Assembly (NCBI GenBank): GCA_045863855.1
Contig: BTVV01000024.1
Coordinates: 1-64,000 of the forward strand
DNA: 64,000 nucleotides
Reading direction: 5' to 3'
Source of the DNA: Planctomycetota bacterium
GTDB taxonomy: Bacteria; Planctomycetota; SZUA-567; H5-PLA8
Made by a program: the position numbers and the translations under genes. The notes under the pieces were generated by a model that saw nothing but the letters and a program-made list of their open reading frames with translations, was not told the DNA's origin and did not search any database. Shown piece by piece: positions 59,378-64,000 of this stretch; position 1 is the first letter of the stretch, and every line of letters starts with the position of its first letter.

Positions 59378-60349
59378 TTACGCTTTCGCCCGCTTGGCAT
59401 CGCGGCCGCGGCGCTCGAGGCGGATCGGTTCCTTAATGTAACTGCCCTGCGCGCCGCCGGGTGCGCGTTCGCCCATCAAGCGCCGCTGCACGGGATTGGC
59501 TTGCGCGAGAATCTCCGGCGGCATGGCATGCCCCTTGAACGGGCTCGCGTATCCGAAATCCATGTACACGTTACCGTAATGAACCTGCAGCATGTAGCGC
59601 CGTTCGTCGCTCACGTTGGGCAGCGCGCCGTGCCAGAGGTCGCTGCGGAACAGGAGCACGTCACCGGCGTTGCAGAGGAAACTCTGCGCTTCCTGCCCGC
59701 GCCAGGAGGTTTCGCCGTTGGGCGCGCGTCCCGCGCGGTGGCTGCCGGGGACGATCACCGTCGGGCCCAGTTCGTCGTACATGTCGTTGAGGTAGTAGTG
59801 TGCGGTGCTGATGAAGATGGGAATGTGGACGCGGCGGTCCATGGCGATATCTTCGGGCAGCGCAATGGGCTGGTAGTCGATATGCAGGCCCATCGGGTAA
59901 CGTCCCGCGCCGGTGACCCAGACGCTCCCGCCGATGACGCGGCAGTTCGGCCCGTGAATCGCTTCGACCACCTCCAGCACCTCGGGCTTATCGAAGTATT
60001 GCAAGAAGCTCGCGTCGAGCGTGAACGGCTTGCCGATGTGCTTGTTGTAAGTGCGGAACGCGTCGCCGTCGGCGGAGGTCTTGCCGTAATGCCCACGCTG
60101 ATAGTACGTCTCGTCGGCCTCGCCGATGGCTTCCATCTTGGCGCGCAGCTCGCGGACTTGCGTTGCGTTCAGCACGTCGGGGAACGCCACGAAGCCGTCC
60201 TCTTGCATGGCCTCCGCGCGGCTCTCGAGGTCGCGGTGGCGGACCAGTTCGAGCGGTTCGGCCTTAAGGATGCGGCAGTCGCCGGCGGTTTTTTCGTGAT
60301 GGTGATGGTTGGCGAAGCGCAAAGTCGGCGTGGCGGCGGCCTGGGTCAT
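59378..60349 (-). CDS. Phytanoyl-CoA dioxygenase (PhyH) family protein
   Basis: H.D (LHIDY), GPT..VPGSH, AGDVLLF...LWHG...N.S...R; start at MTQAAA. Confidence 0.88.
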   Translation of the reverse strand: MTQAAATPTLRFANHHHHEKTAGDCRILKAEPLELVRHRDLESRAEAMQEDGFVAFPDVLNATQVRELRAKMEAIGEADETYYQRGHYGKTSADGDAFRTYNKHIGKPFTLDASFLQYFDKPEVLEVVEAIHGPNCRVIGGSVWVTGAGRYPMGLHIDYQPIALPEDIAMDRRVHIPIFISTAHYYLNDMYDELGPTVIVPGSHRAGRAPNGETSWRGQEAQSFLCNAGDVLLFRSDLWHGALPNVSDERRYMLQVHYGNVYMDFGYASPFKGHAMPPEILAQANPVQRRLMGERAPGGAQGSYIKEPIRLERRGRDAKRAKA

Positions 60350-60567
60350 GGTTGGGTGTCCTGGTTCCGCGCGGTTCGGGCTTACCGGCGGTGCGATTGC
60401 GTTCATGAGGGCGCGAAGGATCCCGGTTCCGAGCGCTTGCGCACCCGGATGCGAGAGGTCCCGCTCCGGCCCGTCAGGTGATCGATTCGATGCGCCGCTT
60501 CCCGCGGCGGGTCGTGCTTGTCTTGTATTGACAGTACAACATTCGAGAACCCTCTCGAAAGGGCGGT

Positions 60568-61452
60568 TTGGTGCTTGATCTTGATCGGAATGTGTCCATT
60601 CTTGACCTATCTGAAGGGAAGGAACGGGTCGTGGCCAACATCGTCCTGAATCGCAGCGGCATGGAGCACTGGCCCATCGCGGCACTCCATGTCGCGCAGT
60701 TCTATTGGTGGCCGGGGTTCGAGGCGCGGAGCCACTTCAAACAGTTTCAGATATTCTATGTGGAACGTGGGACCGGGCACTATGCGGTCGATGGCCACCG
60801 CATGGACCTCGCGGCGGGCATGATTTTCTGGAACAGCCCCGGCTGCTACCGCGAGATCTGGTGCGATCCGGACGAATCGTTGAATGTGCTGCTGTGCGCG
60901 GCGTTCGGCGCGCAGTTGCCGGCGCTGGTGAAAGAGACCCTAGTCGCGCCTTACGGCGCGTGCGTGCCGGGGCGCGGCCTGGAGATCCAGACGCTGATGC
61001 AGTCGATGGTCTCCATCGGCGAAGCGCGCGGCTCGAACTGCGAACGTATCCTCGCGCATTACGTCTCCGTCCTGCTGCTTACCGTCGGCGAGGCGCTGCA
61101 GGCCGAACCCGGCGCGGCGCCTGAGCGTTTGCATACCTATCTGGCCTGCAAGCGCGATATGGAAAAGCGCTACCTGAAGCTCCAGTCGGCCGAGGAGGTC
61201 GCCGAGCGGCAGGGGATTTCGCATGAGTACCTGTGCCGGTTGTTCCGGCGCTTCGGCGGGCACCTGACGCCGCACGATTACCTGTTGCAGCTCAAGATGA
61301 GCCACGCGCTGATGCGGCTGGAGACGACGAACGACAGCATGAAACGGATCGCGTACCTGCTCGGCTTCGCGAATCACGCGAGTTTCAGTAAAGCGTTCAA
61401 GCGCGTGATGGGCCGCTCGCCCAGCGCCTGCCGGGCGAAGGGAAGGGAATAG
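60568..61452 (+). CDS. AraC family regulator
   Basis: Cupin-like N-terminus; YLCRLF.R....TP..Y, IA..LGF.....FSKAFKR..G.SP; start uncertain. Confidence 0.9.
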   Translation: MVLDLDRNVSILDLSEGKERVVANIVLNRSGMEHWPIAALHVAQFYWWPGFEARSHFKQFQIFYVERGTGHYAVDGHRMDLAAGMIFWNSPGCYREIWCDPDESLNVLLCAAFGAQLPALVKETLVAPYGACVPGRGLEIQTLMQSMVSIGEARGSNCERILAHYVSVLLLTVGEALQAEPGAAPERLHTYLACKRDMEKRYLKLQSAEEVAERQGISHEYLCRLFRRFGGHLTPHDYLLQLKMSHALMRLETTNDSMKRIAYLLGFANHASFSKAFKRVMGRSPSACRAKGRE

Positions 61453-61533
61453 CCGGATTGCCGTATCGGGGACGAAAATAGAGGGCACGGAGGGCCCGCG
61501 GTAAGGACCCTCCGGAATTCATGCGTTTACGGC

Positions 61534-61974
61534 TTACTCACAGAAAATCCGAACCGTCTCGCCTTGGGGACCGTTGACGTCGACGGTCAGCTCGTTGAGC
61601 GCCGCGATCAGTTCGTCGGGCTCGAGCTGCGAAAGCTTCGCGGCGTCGATGCCCTTGGCGCGCAGGGCTTCGCGGGCGTCGTTGGGCAGCAACGCACCCA
61701 AGCGCACCCCGGCGCGGACCAGGCTTAGCGGAATGCGCACGTTCACCTTGACCTGCGCGCTTCCCGCGTCGTTGACGGTCACCCGCAGATACTTGGGTAG
61801 CGGCTTTCCGGGCTCGCCCGCAGGACCGGCGCTGGCTTCGTAGCGCTCGTCCACGCCTCCAAAGCCGCCGGGCTCGGCCGGCTTGTTCAGGCGTTCCAGC
61901 AGCTTCGAGGCTTCATCGGCCGTGATTTTGCCGGCGGCAAGCATGTCCAGCACTTGGCGTTGATGGTCGCTCAT
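61534..61974 (-). CDS. SHOCT-like domain protein (DUF2089 operon partner)
   Basis: VLDML..GKITADEA.KLLE, LRVTV, VNVRIPL.L, VRIFCE. Confidence 0.78.
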   Translation of the reverse strand: MSDHQRQVLDMLAAGKITADEASKLLERLNKPAEPGGFGGVDERYEASAGPAGEPGKPLPKYLRVTVNDAGSAQVKVNVRIPLSLVRAGVRLGALLPNDAREALRAKGIDAAKLSQLEPDELIAALNELTVDVNGPQGETVRIFCE

Positions 61975-61996
61975 GGGACGGTCCTCTCCTAAAAGG

Positions 61997-62362
61997 TTAC
62001 GGCAACAGTTCCAGCGCCTGTGCGACGGTGATCTCGCCGCGCGCCAGGCGGTCCAGCACCACGCTCCGTTCGTCCGGAGCTTCGAACGCGGCGTCGAGTT
62101 GCTTCGAGACCGCGTTGAGCCGGTTTTTGACGGTGGGGTAACTGATGTCGAAAAGCTCCTCCATGCGGCGCAGGTTGCCGTGGACGCGCACGAATGCACA
62201 GACGAAAGCCTGATCGTCGGGGTTCAGCCGCGCCAACGGCGGAAGCTCGAAGCTGCCTTCCAGGCGGCTCTTGCATGGCCCGCAGGCAAAGGCGCTGAGG
62301 ACCATCGCCTGTCCGCACTGTGGGCATGCCGGGGGTAGCTTTTCCATTTCCTGAATCTCCAC
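61997..62362 (-). CDS. DUF2089 family zinc-ribbon/HTH regulator
   Basis: CPQCG...CGPC...EG.F, GNL..ME....ISYPTVKNRL, L..GEIT...AL. Confidence 0.88.
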   Translation of the reverse strand: MEIQEMEKLPPACPQCGQAMVLSAFACGPCKSRLEGSFELPPLARLNPDDQAFVCAFVRVHGNLRRMEELFDISYPTVKNRLNAVSKQLDAAFEAPDERSVVLDRLARGEITVAQALELLP

Positions 62363-62378
62363 AAGGCCTTCGGATGCA

Positions 62379-62411
62379 TTATTGAAAGTCTTAGATTAAT
62401 AATTTCAATAA
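62379..62411. promoter_or_regulatory. Inverted repeat upstream of DUF2089 gene, candidate operator
   Basis: TTATTGAAA-N15-TTTCAATAA in an AT-rich promoter region. Confidence 0.5.
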
Positions 62412-62566
62412 ATATCATCTATAAGATTAGTTATTTTAAGTTACCTGGACTTTGGCAAGCCTAAACGTACTTTACGGTTCTTGGGCTGGAGGCTTGATTC
62501 TGAGCTTCTTAACTCTTATTATGAACGAGCTTATAGGTGTGACGTGCGGGGTAGGGGGGATGGACC

Positions 62567-62851
62567 ATGCGGCGCAGCGAGCCCGGTCTGGGGCGAATTG
62601 TCGGCCTTTACTTTTTAGGATCGCCCTTCGATCCCAATCCGGATAAACCGAGTAAGGCCTTTTGGGTTTCCTCGATCGGCGAAGACTTTGCCGATTCGGT
62701 GGTTCCAGTGGTCGTGAAGGTGAAGCCGGAAGTATCTAAGGAAGAGCTGATCAAGCAGCTTAAGGAACTGGTGCGTTCGCTGGAGCGATCGGGGCTGTAT
62801 CAGCAGATCGATCCGGACACCACTGTGCCGGGTAGCGGCTCGAAAGACTGA
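62567..62851 (+). CDS. Hypothetical protein
   Basis: 94-aa ORF immediately upstream of phzF-like gene. Confidence 0.5.
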   Translation: MRRSEPGLGRIVGLYFLGSPFDPNPDKPSKAFWVSSIGEDFADSVVPVVVKVKPEVSKEELIKQLKELVRSLERSGLYQQIDPDTTVPGSGSKD

Positions 62852-62860
62852 TCCCCCGCT

Positions 62861-63766
62861 GTGGAACTCTGGCAGATCGACGCATTTACCGACCGACCTT
62901 TCGCAGGGAACCCAGCGGCGGTCTGCTTTCTCGATAAGTCTCGCCCGGATGCCTGGATGCAAGCCTTAGCGGCCGAGATGAACCTCTCGGAGACGGCATT
63001 CCTATTGCCGGGGTTCTCCAAGGGTTATCCACAGGCTATCAACATCAACGCGGGGACTTCTAAACCTATTTCAAGCACGTTGGACGCAACTTCCAACGCG
63101 TCAGCGACAGGTTCTCCACCGTCGGAGTGGCGACTGCGCTGGTTTACGCCCAAGACCGAAGTGAAATTGTGCGGGCACGCGACCCTGGCTGCGGCGCATG
63201 CACTTTGGGCTGGTGGTTTAATTGAATCGAGTCAATCAATTGCCTTTGAGACGCTGAGTGGAACCTTGCAGGCCCAACGATCTGGTAAATGGATCGATCT
63301 AAATCTCCCCGTTGATTCTCCTCAAGCAGTAGTTGGTCCTCAATCAATAGAATCGATTCAATTATTGGCGGAAGCACTAGGCGAGCAGCCACGGAGTGTT
63401 ACGCGTGGGCGGCTCTACTATTTGGTCGAGCTGGCCGATGCCGAAGCGATCCGGAGCCTCCAACCGGATTTTGAGGCACTGCGACGGCTGCAGGACGGCG
63501 TATGCGTGACTGCTCGAAGCGACGACAACGCGTTTGATTTCGTGTCGCGCTTCTTCGCGCCAGGGTTGGGGATCGACGAGGATCCGGTTACCGGCTCTGC
63601 GCATTGCGTGCTGGCGCCGTATTGGGCTCGGAAGTTGAAGAAGACGGAGTTGGTGGGTTATCAGGCATCGGCGCGCAGCGGAGTGGTTCGAATGGTTTTG
63701 GCTGGCGATCGCGTAAAGCTGAGTGGCCAAGCGGTGACGGTCTTCCGCGGTACTCTCACTACCTAA
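62861..63766 (+). CDS. PhzF family isomerase with a long loop insertion
   Basis: DAFT..PF.GNPAAV, NLSETAF, LRWFTP..EV.LCGHATL, SRFFAP..GIDEDPVTGSAH. Confidence 0.92.
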   Translation: MELWQIDAFTDRPFAGNPAAVCFLDKSRPDAWMQALAAEMNLSETAFLLPGFSKGYPQAININAGTSKPISSTLDATSNASATGSPPSEWRLRWFTPKTEVKLCGHATLAAAHALWAGGLIESSQSIAFETLSGTLQAQRSGKWIDLNLPVDSPQAVVGPQSIESIQLLAEALGEQPRSVTRGRLYYLVELADAEAIRSLQPDFEALRRLQDGVCVTARSDDNAFDFVSRFFAPGLGIDEDPVTGSAHCVLAPYWARKLKKTELVGYQASARSGVVRMVLAGDRVKLSGQAVTVFRGTLTT

Positions 63767-64000
63767 GCCCTCAATAGATATTGCCGTAATTTACAAAATA
63801 TCTTGTAAAGTAGTGTTGAAATCATGCGATTTTTGCTGAGGAATGTGTGCGATGCTCTCCGTTGTCCTGTATACGATCGGAGGGCCTGATCATGCAGAGA
63901 ACCTCGACAAGGTCGGCCTTAATTGCTTTAATTTGCGTAAGTTGCTCTACTATTTGCAAATCCGGGTCGACGGAACATCCGGCGCTTTGGTTCGGCAAAA

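Noticed and set aside
63034..63050. DnaA-trio unwinding element after the phzF box
   Set aside because: Only one CTA follows the box; no run of trios.

Overview
GC-rich bacterial chromosomal window; the gene repertoire is suggestive of Planctomycetota (inference). It opens with a dnaA that is not followed by dnaN. The most unusual region is ~3.65-11.9 kb, which looks like the remnant of an integrated element. Its right end is a 3' half-copy of tRNA-Val(TAC) with arm-like repeats, and its left end is fused into a 5'-truncated fdhD. It encodes one co-oriented cluster: ubiquitin-like protein (C-terminus GEKG-A), E2-like protein, small ORF, JAB peptidase, ThiF/E1, acidic Cys-rich protein, DUF6744-like protein, Ycf46-type AAA+ ATPase, DUF1257, DUF2997 and a conserved hypothetical, with an antisense NYN nuclease inserted. 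Other highlights: a selenocysteine MsrA (in-frame TGA in GUFWG plus SECIS-like hairpin) split by the ORF caller; a G6PD fused to a cyclic-nucleotide-binding domain; a sigma54-driven Tm-1-like/TIM-barrel operon with visible -24/-12 promoter and UAS repeats; a 165-bp MITE; a lower-GC accessory gene stretch; and two 11-bp-phased DnaA-box arrays far from dnaA, one inside an in-frame insertion in phzF. The rest is ordinary metabolism, efflux, proteolysis and regulation. All family calls come from motif recognition by eye, not from database searches.
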